Below, piece after piece: positions 18,337-28,264 of a stretch of 64,000 nt of DNA; the first letter of the stretch is position 1; the number at the start of each line of letters is the position of its first letter. The translations under genes were made by a program, and so were the position numbers. The notes below the pieces were generated by a model that saw only the letters and a list, made by a program, of their open reading frames with translations, was not told the origin of the DNA and made no database searches. The DNA comes from an uncultured Eubacteriales bacterium (lineage in GTDB: Bacteria; Actinomycetota; Coriobacteriia; Anaerosomatales; JAAXUF01): contig CAZFRE010000001.1 of NCBI GenBank assembly GCA_964521195.1, forward strand, positions 575 through 64,574, in the 5' to 3' direction.

Positions 18337-20121
18337 CTACTGCAGGCCCATCTCGGCAGCGGTGCCGGCCACGAAGTCGAACACGGAGTCGAGCTCCTCG
18401 TCGGATACGGTGAACACGACGTCGTGTGGCGGCAGCTTCTCCTCGTAGAAGAACTTCGGCAGCCTGTCGTCGGCTGCGGTGAAGCCCGCCCGTGTGTTGT
18501 ACATGCGCTCCATCGTAAGCGTCTCGCGGCCGAGCTGCATGAGCTCGGCGATATCCCATTTGTCACCCGTGTGCGCCTCGACCATCTCGTGGATGGCGAC
18601 GAGCGCCTCGGGGATGTCGAGAACCGGGAACGCGACGAAGATGCACAGGCCCAGCGAGTCGAGCATCGCTGTCGCGATCTGCAGGTTCTTCGACAGGACG
18701 GCCTGACCCTCGGACTTGAGCGGGTCGACGGTGCCGCCAACCGCGAGGATGTTGGAGGTGATGGTGTAGCCGGCGGTGTGGTCGGCACCCATGGTCGAGG
18801 TCGCATAGGTCACGCCGATGCCCTGGATGGGGCGCGGGTCGTAGGCGGGGAGTGCCTGGTGCTTCACGACCGGGATATTAGCGACGCCGAACTTGATGCC
18901 CGTGGCCTCGGCGCCGTCCCAGAGCACGCGCAGCTCGCTGTTCGGGTCGATGCCGGCCTTGAGTGCCTTGAGCGCGCCCTCGGCGTCACCGAACTCGAGC
19001 GCGCCTGATGCCATGTACACGCCCATCGTCGCGCCCATCTCGATCGTATCGAGCCCGAGGTCGCCGCACGCGCGGTCCAGCTCGGCGATGCCGTCGAGGT
19101 CGCCGATGCCGCAGTCGGCGCCGAATGACCAGGCCGTCTCGTACTCCGGACCCTTCGTCTTGTAGTGGCCGTCCTTGTCGAGCCAGTAGCGCGAGCACTG
19201 GATGACGCAGCCGCTGTGGCAGCCGTGGCTCGCGTTCGAGGGCGAGTCGCCGCGCGCGAGTATGGTCTCACGCTGGGTCTCGCCGCCGATCGCATCGGCG
19301 AACTCGAACGTGCCCGCCGAGAAGTTGCGCGTGGGCAGGCCTCCGGCCTCGTTGAGGATGTTCGTCAGGACGTTGGTCCCATACATCGGGAGCCCTGTGC
19401 CTGAGACCGCGTGCTCCTTCAGGGCCGCCGAGAACCTCTTGGCGGCGGCGTTGAACGCGTCTTTGTCGGCGTGGTCGATGGACTTCGCTCCCGTGTAGGA
19501 GATCACGATGCCCTTGAGCCCCTTGCTGCCCATGACCGCGCCCAGACCGCCTCGGCCGGCGAAGCGGTTCGGATAGCCCTTCGGGTCCGAGACGGCGATG
19601 CCCGACGCTCGGGCGCCGACCTCGCCAGCGGGGCCGATGCTGATCGTGGCGAATCTGTCGCCATCCGGGCGCATCGCGGCAAGCTTGTCGTACACCTCGT
19701 AGTTGCCGAGGCCTGCCCAGTCATCGACGCGCTCGAGCCGCGCGGTGCGATCGGCTTCGATCACGAGCGCATAGCGCGCAGACGCATCGGCGGGGACGCC
19801 TTCGATCACGACCGCCGAGAAGCCGATGCGCGCGAGGGCGTGCGCCGCCTGACCGCCGGAGTTGGACTCCTTGATGCCGCCGGTGAGCGGGCTCTTCGCG
19901 CCTACCGAAAGCCGCCCGCCGTTGGGTGCCGTGGTGCCCCCGAGTGTGCCCGGCGCGAAGACGAGCTTGGCGGCGGGGCCGAGCGGGTCGGCGTCCGCCG
20001 GCACCTCGTGGTAGATGATCGCGTCGGTCAGGGCTCGGCCACCGTACTTGGCCCACCCCTCGCGCACCGGCTCGATGGTGACCGAGAGATCGGTCATGTT
20101 GACGCGGAGTAGCTCCCTCAT
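18337..20121 (-). CDS. aor: Aldehyde:ferredoxin oxidoreductase (tungsten/molybdopterin family)
   Basis: SPLTGGIKESNSGG, GRGGLGAVMGSKGLK, CHSGCVIQC, PEYET, DLGLDT and DSLGLC; GGGAGG RBS. Confidence 0.93.
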   Translation of the reverse strand: MRELLRVNMTDLSVTIEPVREGWAKYGGRALTDAIIYHEVPADADPLGPAAKLVFAPGTLGGTTAPNGGRLSVGAKSPLTGGIKESNSGGQAAHALARIGFSAVVIEGVPADASARYALVIEADRTARLERVDDWAGLGNYEVYDKLAAMRPDGDRFATISIGPAGEVGARASGIAVSDPKGYPNRFAGRGGLGAVMGSKGLKGIVISYTGAKSIDHADKDAFNAAAKRFSAALKEHAVSGTGLPMYGTNVLTNILNEAGGLPTRNFSAGTFEFADAIGGETQRETILARGDSPSNASHGCHSGCVIQCSRYWLDKDGHYKTKGPEYETAWSFGADCGIGDLDGIAELDRACGDLGLDTIEMGATMGVYMASGALEFGDAEGALKALKAGIDPNSELRVLWDGAEATGIKFGVANIPVVKHQALPAYDPRPIQGIGVTYATSTMGADHTAGYTITSNILAVGGTVDPLKSEGQAVLSKNLQIATAMLDSLGLCIFVAFPVLDIPEALVAIHEMVEAHTGDKWDIAELMQLGRETLTMERMYNTRAGFTAADDRLPKFFYEEKLPPHDVVFTVSDEELDSVFDFVAGTAAEMGLQ

Positions 20122-20417
20122 CAGAACCTCCCAGGCTGAAACGGTGTCATTCGACACTCAGACGCATGACAGATGTATCCCCAGAACCTCGTGGCGCGGG
20201 ACACCGTCTCGTCGGCGAGCCGGGTCGGCCTTGCGGCAGTCTGCCCCGAGGGCGATCCGACCCCGGGGCATGTCCCACGAGCCGGTCCGGCCTGAGATGA
20301 AATGGAGAGCTTAGGAGCATGCAGGGGTATCCTCCCATCTGAGCCCACGATCCAGGAGCGATTCTTGACCGACTACACCCAACTCATCGCGGCGGTCGCC
20401 GCCGGGCGGTCGCGCGA

Positions 20418-21305
20418 GTGACGGCGGCGACGCCGACCACGAAGGTGCGACGCTGGCCAGCGGTTCTGGGATGGACTGTCCTTGGGCTCGTGCTCGCGCT
20501 CTACATCGGCTTCCCTGTGGCCATGGCGGTCGTCACGGTGTGGCCCACGCGTGCCGAGGTGGGTGCGCCGCCCGCCGGGTTCGAACGCGTGACGGTCGAT
20601 CGTGGCGACGGCGTGGCGATCGCCGCCTGGTACGCCCCATCTCGCAACGGTGCCGCGGTGGTCGTCGCACACGGTGCTGGCGGTTCGCGCGAGAGCGTGC
20701 GCCCTCAGGCGGAGCTGCTCGCGCGCCACGGTTACGCTGTGCTCGCGATCGACCTGAGCGGCCACGGCGAGAGCGGCGGGCGCACGAACCGGCTGGGCTG
20801 GCAGGGCACCGAGGACGTGAGCGCGGCGGTCCGCTTCCTCGCACAGAAGCCCGGCGTGCAGCACATCGGCGCCTTCGGATCTTCCATGGGCGGCGAGGCG
20901 GTTCTCGGCGCGAGCGCAGCATGCCCGCAGGTCGAAGCCATCGTCGCCGACGGGGCGACCCGGCGTTGCACCGCCGAGCTCCTCGCGCTGCCCTCGGAAC
21001 GGCCCTTGGTCCGCAACTTCACCGCCCGCGTCATGTACGCTGCTGCGCGCGCGTTCTCGTGGCAGCAGCCTCCGGCGCCGCTTCTCGAGGAGATGCGTCG
21101 CTCGAACGGCACGCAGTATCTCCTCGTCGCGGCCGGGGGCAACGACCTCGAGACCCGGTTCAACCGCTACTTCGCCGAGCAGCTCGGCGGCCGCGTCCGG
21201 CTGTGGGTCGCACCGGAGGTCGAGCATGTGGGGGCGATCGGCCGCTACCCCGCCGAGTACGAGCAGCGGGTCGTCGATTTCTTCGACGAGACGCTGCTGC
21301 AGTAG
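20418..21305 (+). CDS. Membrane-anchored alpha/beta hydrolase
   Basis: N-terminal TM, HG.GG, GHGES and GSSMGG nucleophile elbow. Confidence 0.85.
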   Translation: MTAATPTTKVRRWPAVLGWTVLGLVLALYIGFPVAMAVVTVWPTRAEVGAPPAGFERVTVDRGDGVAIAAWYAPSRNGAAVVVAHGAGGSRESVRPQAELLARHGYAVLAIDLSGHGESGGRTNRLGWQGTEDVSAAVRFLAQKPGVQHIGAFGSSMGGEAVLGASAACPQVEAIVADGATRRCTAELLALPSERPLVRNFTARVMYAAARAFSWQQPPAPLLEEMRRSNGTQYLLVAAGGNDLETRFNRYFAEQLGGRVRLWVAPEVEHVGAIGRYPAEYEQRVVDFFDETLLQ

Positions 21306-21347
21306 CCGCCTCGTGGCCGATGCGTATGACGAACCTGAGGAGGGCCC

Positions 21348-21953
21348 GTGTCCGCTGAACTCATCTACCGCCTGAGCGCGCTCGCCATCGCCGTCACCTA
21401 CATGACGATGCGCTCGGTGTTCGAGCGCAGGCTCGGCCGCGGTTCGAAGTTCGAGACGCTCAAGCACGCCGACAAGGACAGCCGCCTGGAGTTGATGGTT
21501 GTGAGCTGGGGTCAGATGACGCAGTGGCTCTACATGCTCACGCCATGGATCGACTTCGCCGCGCTCGGCTTCCCCGCGTGGCTGCGCTGGTCCGGTGCGG
21601 TCGTCGCGGCTTTAGGGCTCGGGTTGTTCATCTGGACGCATGCGCAACTCGCCGGCAACTGGTCGCCGTTCGTGGAGCGCGCGCAAGCGGGTACGCTCAT
21701 CACCGGTGGCCCGTACCGCTGGGTGCGCCACCCCATGTACTCGTCGTTCTTCCTCTACAACGCCGGCCTGCTGCTGCTTGTCTCCAACTGGCTCGCCGGG
21801 ATTCCGGCGCTCGTGACCTTCGCGTGGATGTACCACCACCGGGTCGGCCGAGAGGAGCGCCTCATGCTCGAGCAGTTCGGCGACGAGTACGCTTCCTACG
21901 CCGAGACGACCGGGCGTGTGATCCCGGGAGTGGGTCGCCGGGCACTCGGCTGA
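21348..21953 (+). CDS. Isoprenylcysteine carboxyl methyltransferase (ICMT/Ste14)-family membrane protein
   Basis: LITGGPYRWVRHPMY, EERLMLEQFGDEY..Y and TGRVIP. Confidence 0.88.
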   Translation: MSAELIYRLSALAIAVTYMTMRSVFERRLGRGSKFETLKHADKDSRLELMVVSWGQMTQWLYMLTPWIDFAALGFPAWLRWSGAVVAALGLGLFIWTHAQLAGNWSPFVERAQAGTLITGGPYRWVRHPMYSSFFLYNAGLLLLVSNWLAGIPALVTFAWMYHHRVGREERLMLEQFGDEYASYAETTGRVIPGVGRRALG

Positions 21954-22036
21954 GTGTGCCGGGCCGTCTCGGCGTGCCTTCGCGGTGGGCTATCCTGTTG
22001 CGAGTCTGCCGCCATCCGGTCCCTAGGAGTCCGCCG

Positions 22037-23206
22037 TTGTTCATCCTCGAAGAGCCCTACGTCTCCGACCTGCTCGCCGGCACCGTGGCCGAGCTCGGCC
22101 TACCGGTGCTCGACACGCCCATCGCTCGGCGCCGGCTCGTCGGCGCATATGCGACCACGCTCTCCCCGGCTGATGACTTCGTGACCGCTGCCTCGGCACC
22201 GGGCGCGCGAGTCTACTCGAACTCCGAGAACGCCATCGGCTGGATCGCCCAGCGCCTCTCGTGCACCGATCTGCCGCGGCGCATCGAGCTGTTCAAGGAC
22301 AAGGTCGCCTTCCGAGAGCTGCTGGCCGACCTCTATCCGGACTACCGGTTCGTGGGGTTGTCTCTCGCAGAGCTGCGTGGCTTCGACGTCGCCCGCGTCC
22401 GCGCGCCGTTCATCGTGAAGCCGGCCGTGGGCTTCTTCAGCCTTGGCGTGCACGTGGTCGACTCGGCGGCGGCGTGGCCCGAGGTGGTCGCGACGATCGA
22501 GCGCGAGGCCGAGCAGTTCGCGGCTATGTACCCGGACCAGGTCCTCGGGCTCGACCGCTTCATCGTCGAGGAGGCGATTGGTGGCGAGGAGTTCGCGGTC
22601 GATGCGTACTTCGACGCCGACGGCGAGCCGGTGCTCGTCGACGTGTACACGCACCTGTTCGCCTCGGCGGACGACGTGAGCGACCGCGTCTACTACACCG
22701 ATGCCGAGACGATTCGCCGGCTCGGTCCGCCGGCGATGACGTTCCTCGCCGAGGTGGGGCGCCGCGCGCGTGTCACGGACTTCCCGGTCCACGCGGAGCT
22801 GCGCATCGACAGCGAGGGCAACGTCGCACCGATCGAGATCAACCCGATGCGCTTCGGCGGGTGGTGCGCCACCGACGTCGCGCACTTCGCGTACGGCATC
22901 AACCCGTACCGCGCATACCTGCTCGGCGAGCGTCCCGACTGGGACCGCATCGCGCAGGAGACCGCCGGGCGCACGACCGCGCTCATCGTGTCGGATCTGC
23001 CGAGCAGCGTGGATCTCGCGGCCATCGAATCCGTCGACTACGACGGTTTCGCGGCGCGCTTCAGCCGCGTTCTCGAGCTGCGGCCGACCGACTTCAACCG
23101 CTACCCGGTGTTCGCGTTCACGTTCGTCGAGGTGCCGAGCGACGATCTTGGCGAGCTGCACGCGGTGCTAGGGGCGGACCTGCGCGAACACCTGCGGATG
23201 CGGTAG
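22037..23206 (+). CDS. ATP-grasp domain protein
   Basis: FKDK..FR, FIVKPAVGFFSLGV, EE.I.GEEFAVD, HAELR and IEINPMRFGG; AGGAG RBS before TTG. Confidence 0.85.
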   Translation: MFILEEPYVSDLLAGTVAELGLPVLDTPIARRRLVGAYATTLSPADDFVTAASAPGARVYSNSENAIGWIAQRLSCTDLPRRIELFKDKVAFRELLADLYPDYRFVGLSLAELRGFDVARVRAPFIVKPAVGFFSLGVHVVDSAAAWPEVVATIEREAEQFAAMYPDQVLGLDRFIVEEAIGGEEFAVDAYFDADGEPVLVDVYTHLFASADDVSDRVYYTDAETIRRLGPPAMTFLAEVGRRARVTDFPVHAELRIDSEGNVAPIEINPMRFGGWCATDVAHFAYGINPYRAYLLGERPDWDRIAQETAGRTTALIVSDLPSSVDLAAIESVDYDGFAARFSRVLELRPTDFNRYPVFAFTFVEVPSDDLGELHAVLGADLREHLRMR

Positions 23207-23270
23207 GCGGATGGTCGTGTTCCGGAGGCCTTGATGCCGCCTTTGGGAACCTTCACCCGAAGGAGGCTTC

Positions 23271-23945
23271 ATGATCGATCTGTGGACAACGCTCGTCCCG
23301 CTCATCGTCGCGGGCATCGTCGTGCCGGTGCAGCTCGTCATCACGCTCATGCTGGTGCGCACATCGTTGCGTGCAGCCGCGGCATGGGTTGCCGGGATGG
23401 CACTCACCAGGCTCGTCCAGGGCGTCGTGTTCGGGCTGGTGCTCACGCCGGGCAATGGGGACCCGGCGAGCGCCTCTGAGCTCGGCATCGTAGCCTCGAG
23501 CCTGCTGCTCGTACTCGCGGTGTTGCTGTACGTGACTGCACTTCGGCAGCTGCTGAAGGCCGAAGACGAGGATGCCCCACCCGCGAAATGGATGGAGCGC
23601 GTCGGATCGATGACGCCGCTGGTCGCGCTGGGTGCCGGCGCCGGCTACATGGCGGTCGCCGCGAAGTTCTGGGTGTTCACGCTCGGCGCGATAGCCGCGA
23701 TCGCCGAGGCGGAACTGACCGCGTCCGCCGCGGCTCTCACCTTCGTGCTCTTCGTCGTGCTGTCGCAGGCGGGCAATCTGGCGATACTCACGATCGCCGG
23801 CGTGTTCCCGGTCCGCGCCGCCGGCGTGTTGGATGCCTTGACCGAGTGGCTGCGGCGCAACAACCGCGTCATCAAGATCGTGATCGGCGTGGTGTTCGGG
23901 ACGTGGTTCCTGCTCAAAGCGCTCTCGGGGTTTGGGCTTCTCTGA
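23271..23945 (+). CDS. GAP/Sap (LysE-superfamily) membrane protein
   Basis: Six TM segments; P...KW and L..WLRRNNRVI...VFG pattern. Confidence 0.7.
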   Translation: MIDLWTTLVPLIVAGIVVPVQLVITLMLVRTSLRAAAAWVAGMALTRLVQGVVFGLVLTPGNGDPASASELGIVASSLLLVLAVLLYVTALRQLLKAEDEDAPPAKWMERVGSMTPLVALGAGAGYMAVAAKFWVFTLGAIAAIAEAELTASAAALTFVLFVVLSQAGNLAILTIAGVFPVRAAGVLDALTEWLRRNNRVIKIVIGVVFGTWFLLKALSGFGLL

Positions 23946-23966
23946 CCGCTGATCTGTCGCGCCAGG

Positions 23967-25403
23967 CTACAGCAGGTTCGAGAGCAGCCGCGCCGCGGAG
24001 TTCCTGAAGCGGCGACCGCGGCTCCAGCCGCGCACCTCTTCGAGCGTGAGTTCGCGGCACTCGCGCAGGTCCTCGTCGAAGTGACGGTCTTGCTCGCGCG
24101 TCACCGCCTCGTCGTACACCCACACCATGAGTTCCTTGTTGAGGCGCAGGCTGCGGATGTCGAGGTTGAGTGTTCCGATCGAGCAGACCTGCCCGTCGAC
24201 CGAGAGCGTCTTGGCGTGGAAGAATCCCTTCTCCCACAGCCAGATGCGCCCTCCGGCAGCGAGAAACGGCTCGAAGTACGACTCGGCGGCCCACCACGGG
24301 ATCTTCTTGTCCGGCCATGCGGTCGTCATCAGGTCGACCTTCACGCCACCGGCCGCAGCGTTGACCAGCACATCGAGTGTGCTGGGGTCGGGGACGAAGT
24401 ACGGCGACTGCAGCCGCACGGATTCCCGAGCGCCCGAGACCGCCAGCTGGAACGCCCTCGTTGCGGAGTTCCACCGGTCGTCGTAGCCCTGATGCACCGT
24501 CTGGACCATGATCTCGCCGGCCGCGAGTTCCGTGTAGGGGTAGTACGTGGGATCGAACAGGTTCTCTCGGTAGACCTCGTACCAGCGCATATCGAACAGC
24601 TTCTCGAGGTCGGCGACGCCGGGGCCGGTGATCCTGATGCCGGTGTCGCGCCAGGCGGGGTACTTCTTGCCGCCGTCGATGTACTCCTGACCGACGTTGA
24701 AGCCTCCGCTGTGTCCGATCTCCGAGTCGACCACGGTGATCTTTCGATGGTTGCGGTAGTTCAGCCGGGCGAGGCCGGTGAGGTCCAGGCCGACGATCGC
24801 GCCCGCGTCGCGCAGCGCATCGAGCTCGTCCTTGGGATACGCGAGACAGCCGAGGTAGTCGTTGAGGATGCGGACTTCGACGCCCGCCGCCACCCGGTCC
24901 GTCAGCACTTCGGTGATACGGGCGGTGAGTTCGTCCTTCTCCCAGATGAAGTAGTTCATGTGGATGAACCGCTTGGCCGAGGCGAGGTCGGCGATCAGGG
25001 CGTCGAAGTATTCGGCGCCCGACTCATACAGGTCGCAGGTCCGGACCGGCAGGGGAGGCGCGCCGGCCTTGGTCTCGATCAACGTCGCGAGACGCCTGAC
25101 GTACTCCTCCTGACCCGGCCGATCGACGAGCTCTATCGACTGGGCGCGATACGGTGCGTAGACGTTCGGCATGAACTCGCCGAGCAACGCCTGGAGCTGC
25201 ACGGTCACGGGCGCCTTCTGGACGATCGCCGGCCAGTTCCTGCCGAAGAAGAAGTAGATGAGGAGCCCGACGTAGGGCACTGCGAACAGGACGAGGAGCC
25301 AGGCCAGCGAGGCGGTGGACTCCCGGTCCTCGCTGATGATCAGGATCGAGACGCCCACCCAGTAGACGAGAATCGCCGCGTCCAGCACAAGCCACAGGTT
25401 CAA
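23967..25403 (-). CDS. cls: Cardiolipin synthase
   Basis: PLDc_N with two TM; two HKD motifs (HRKITVVD, HAKTLSVD); GGAGG before TTG. Confidence 0.92.
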   Translation of the reverse strand: MNLWLVLDAAILVYWVGVSILIISEDRESTASLAWLLVLFAVPYVGLLIYFFFGRNWPAIVQKAPVTVQLQALLGEFMPNVYAPYRAQSIELVDRPGQEEYVRRLATLIETKAGAPPLPVRTCDLYESGAEYFDALIADLASAKRFIHMNYFIWEKDELTARITEVLTDRVAAGVEVRILNDYLGCLAYPKDELDALRDAGAIVGLDLTGLARLNYRNHRKITVVDSEIGHSGGFNVGQEYIDGGKKYPAWRDTGIRITGPGVADLEKLFDMRWYEVYRENLFDPTYYPYTELAAGEIMVQTVHQGYDDRWNSATRAFQLAVSGARESVRLQSPYFVPDPSTLDVLVNAAAGGVKVDLMTTAWPDKKIPWWAAESYFEPFLAAGGRIWLWEKGFFHAKTLSVDGQVCSIGTLNLDIRSLRLNKELMVWVYDEAVTREQDRHFDEDLRECRELTLEEVRGWSRGRRFRNSAARLLSNLL

Positions 25404-25446
25404 CAGTGGACCTCCAGTGTCAGGTTGTGGCACCCAGGTGCCGGCA

Positions 25447-26595
25447 TCACGGCGTATCCGTCAGTTCGTCGGCGGGCGTGTCGGTCGGTTCGTCCGTCGG
25501 AGCGTCTGACGGCTCGTCCGGCGCCGCGCCCTCAGAAACAAGCAGCATGACAGCATAGCCCTTGTAGACGATCTCCTCGGCGTCGGGGCTCTGCTCGAAC
25601 ACCGTGCCCTCCGGATGGTCCTCGTTGGGCGTGGGAATCAGCGTGGGGCGCAAGCCTGCATCGAGCATCTTCGCCATCGCGTCCTCGGCCGACATGCCGA
25701 TGACCCGCGGGACGGAGGTCGTCTCGACGTCCGGCTCCACCGGCGGTGGCTCGTCGCCGGGGGGCGGGTCGGGGTAGGTGGGCGGCGTCGCTGGCGGGAC
25801 CGATGGCCTCCGGCCCGCCGAGACGTGTACGCCGATCCTGCTGCCCGGAGCGACCTTCACGCCCTCGCGGGGCTCCTGCGCGACGACCTCGCCTTTGGGC
25901 CGGTCGCTGTACATCTCGATCGCCTGCCCCCTCAGACCCGCCTCAGTCAGCGCCGACATCGCCGCCGCCCGCCTCAGGCCGACCACGTCGGGCACGGCGA
26001 TGGCCGCTGGCTGCTCGGGGCCGATCGAGACGGCAAGCAGCACGGTCGAATCGGGTTCGACCCTCGCGCGCGGACCGGGCTCTTGCTCGATCACAGTCCC
26101 GACGGGCACAGCGGGGTCGTAGGTCAGCGTGAAGTACGCGCCGAGGCCCGCGTCGCGCAGGCGCTCCTGCGCCTCGTTCTGGGTCTGACCTACGACGTTG
26201 GGCACGCGCACCTGCTGTGCCGGGCGTTTGCCGAGCGAGACGAGGATGCCAACCGTCGCGCCGGGCTCGACCTTGTCGCCGGCCGCCGGGAGCTGGTCGA
26301 TGACGGAGCCGGCGGCGACAAGCGGGTCGTACTCGGCCGTTTCGCTGGTGGCGAGTCCCGCAGCGTCAAGCGCGGCCGTCGCGTCGGCCTTCGTCAATCC
26401 TACGACGTCGGGCACCTCGGTCTTGCTCTCAGCGATCTGATCGGACTCTGGCACGTCCGGAACGGCGGACTTGTCCGCGGAGGTCGACCACCACGCGAGG
26501 GCGCCAACGAGCGTCACGACAAGCACGGCCGCTGTCACCCAGGCCCATCGCGGAAGGGGGGTGCGGTTCTCGGGGGAGTTCGGCTCATCAGCCAT
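25447..26595 (-). CDS. Membrane-anchored protein with four PASTA domains and no kinase
   Basis: Four VP.V.G...A...L..AGL repeats after a single TM. Confidence 0.85.
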   Translation of the reverse strand: MADEPNSPENRTPLPRWAWVTAAVLVVTLVGALAWWSTSADKSAVPDVPESDQIAESKTEVPDVVGLTKADATAALDAAGLATSETAEYDPLVAAGSVIDQLPAAGDKVEPGATVGILVSLGKRPAQQVRVPNVVGQTQNEAQERLRDAGLGAYFTLTYDPAVPVGTVIEQEPGPRARVEPDSTVLLAVSIGPEQPAAIAVPDVVGLRRAAAMSALTEAGLRGQAIEMYSDRPKGEVVAQEPREGVKVAPGSRIGVHVSAGRRPSVPPATPPTYPDPPPGDEPPPVEPDVETTSVPRVIGMSAEDAMAKMLDAGLRPTLIPTPNEDHPEGTVFEQSPDAEEIVYKGYAVMLLVSEGAAPDEPSDAPTDEPTDTPADELTDTP

Positions 26596-26875
26596 CAGGG
26601 TCTCCTGTTGCTCGTGGGTCGGCTTGCAGCTGCGACCGGTGGTTTGTTCCTGCCCGTTCGCCAGCGCGTTGCGACGCGGTCACGCGAGGTAGCGGGGGGT
26701 GCAGGGGCTTGAAGCGGCGGAAACACGGGTCTCGTGCCGACGCCGAAGGTGCCTGCGGGTGTTGTTGGGTAAGCACTCAGCAACTGGGAAACGCAGTCAG
26801 CCTAGCGAGCTGCATGGAGTCGCGGCAGATGTCGGCACAGACACGGGCGAGCTGCCGCAAGAATGGAGCCAGACG

Positions 26876-28264
26876 ATGTCCGAGCACGCCACCCCCGACC
26901 GGGGGGAGCTTCCCTCTCGCGTCAAGACCCTCATGCCTCAGCTCACATCGGAGCTTTCGGACCTGATCGCGATTCCCTCGGTTTCCGAGACGGGTTACCC
27001 GGAGTCGTCCCGCCCCGAGCTGCTGCGCGCGTGCGACATGATCTCGCGCCTGCTCCGAGAGGCCGGCTGTGACTCAGTCACGACGCTCGACCTGCCCGAC
27101 ACCGCCCCCGTCATCGTGGGCGAGATACCCGCGCCTGAAGGCATGCCGACGGTGCTGCTCTACAGCCACTACGACGTGGTTCCGGCAGGCGACGCGTCGC
27201 TGTGGGAGACGCCGCCGTTCGAGCCTACGTTGCGAGATGGTGCACTTCACGGGCGAGGCGCCGGGGATACCAAGTCCAACATCATCGCCGTCATCGGCGC
27301 GTTGCGCGTGTGGGACGGCCGGCCGCCGGTCGGCCTCAAGTTCGTGTTCGAAGGCCTCGAGGAGGTCGGCAGCGGCGGCTTCGTCACCCACGCGCTCGAG
27401 CATCCCGAGTTCTTCCAGTCGGATGCAATGATCATCGCGGATATGGGCAGCGTGCGCCCGGGAGTACCTACGCTCACGGTGGCGCTGCGCGGTATGGCGA
27501 ACGTGACCGTTGAAGCGCGCACGCTCGGCTCGGCGAAGCACAGCGGCCAGTACGGTGGTGCCGCCCCGGATGCGCTGCTCGCGCTGATCCGGGCTCTTTC
27601 GACGCTGCACGACGAGCGCGGCAACGTCGCCGTCGAGGGGCTGCGCAGGGACGAGTGGACCGGCGCGAACCCTTCCGAGGAGGAGTTCTGCGATCTCGCC
27701 GACGTCGTGGACGGCCAGCCGCTCGTCGGCACCGGCTCCCTGGGGTCGCGCGTCTGGTCCGGACCTGCGATCACCGTGATCGGCATGGACACGCCTTCTG
27801 TCGATGCGGCGCTCAACGCGGTCCAGCCCTACGCTCGGGCCAAGCTCAACGTGCGCGTGCACCCACAGCAGGACGCCCGCGAGGCGCAGGCTGCGGTGGC
27901 TCGGCACCTCGAGGAGGCGATGCCGTACGGGATCAGCCTCTCGGTGGAGCTCGGGCCCACGGGCAACGGGTTTGCCGCCGATACCACGAGCCCGGTGTTC
28001 GCCGCCGCGTGCGCGGCCTGGACCGAGGCGTGGGGCGCCGAGACGATCACGGCCGGCGGCGGCGGTTCGATTCCCATCGTAAGCGCGCTGGCGCAGGCGT
28101 CTCCCCAGGCCGTCGTGATGCTCGGCGGAGCGACGGATGGCTTCGCCAACATCCACGGACCCAACGAGCGCGTACTGCTCGACGAGTTCGAGAAGACCAC
28201 GGTCGCCGTCGCGGACTTCCTCGGGCGGTTCGCCGAACTGTCGTCTGAAGGGAGCACCCGGTGA
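26876..28264 (+). CDS. M20 family metallo-dipeptidase
   Basis: YSHYDVVP, GRGAGDTK, EGLEEVGS, GGGGSIP and IHGPNE. Confidence 0.9.
   Translation: MSEHATPDRGELPSRVKTLMPQLTSELSDLIAIPSVSETGYPESSRPELLRACDMISRLLREAGCDSVTTLDLPDTAPVIVGEIPAPEGMPTVLLYSHYDVVPAGDASLWETPPFEPTLRDGALHGRGAGDTKSNIIAVIGALRVWDGRPPVGLKFVFEGLEEVGSGGFVTHALEHPEFFQSDAMIIADMGSVRPGVPTLTVALRGMANVTVEARTLGSAKHSGQYGGAAPDALLALIRALSTLHDERGNVAVEGLRRDEWTGANPSEEEFCDLADVVDGQPLVGTGSLGSRVWSGPAITVIGMDTPSVDAALNAVQPYARAKLNVRVHPQQDAREAQAAVARHLEEAMPYGISLSVELGPTGNGFAADTTSPVFAAACAAWTEAWGAETITAGGGGSIPIVSALAQASPQAVVMLGGATDGFANIHGPNERVLLDEFEKTTVAVADFLGRFAELSSEGSTR

Noticed and set aside
20122-20417. Canonical Moco/Wco riboswitch, tRNA-Sec or SRP RNA upstream of aor
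   Set aside because: The expected conserved words (UCCGAG, GGAAAC, CUCCCGU; UUCAAA anticodon loop; GGAAG.AGCAG) are not present in order; kept only as an unclassified structure.
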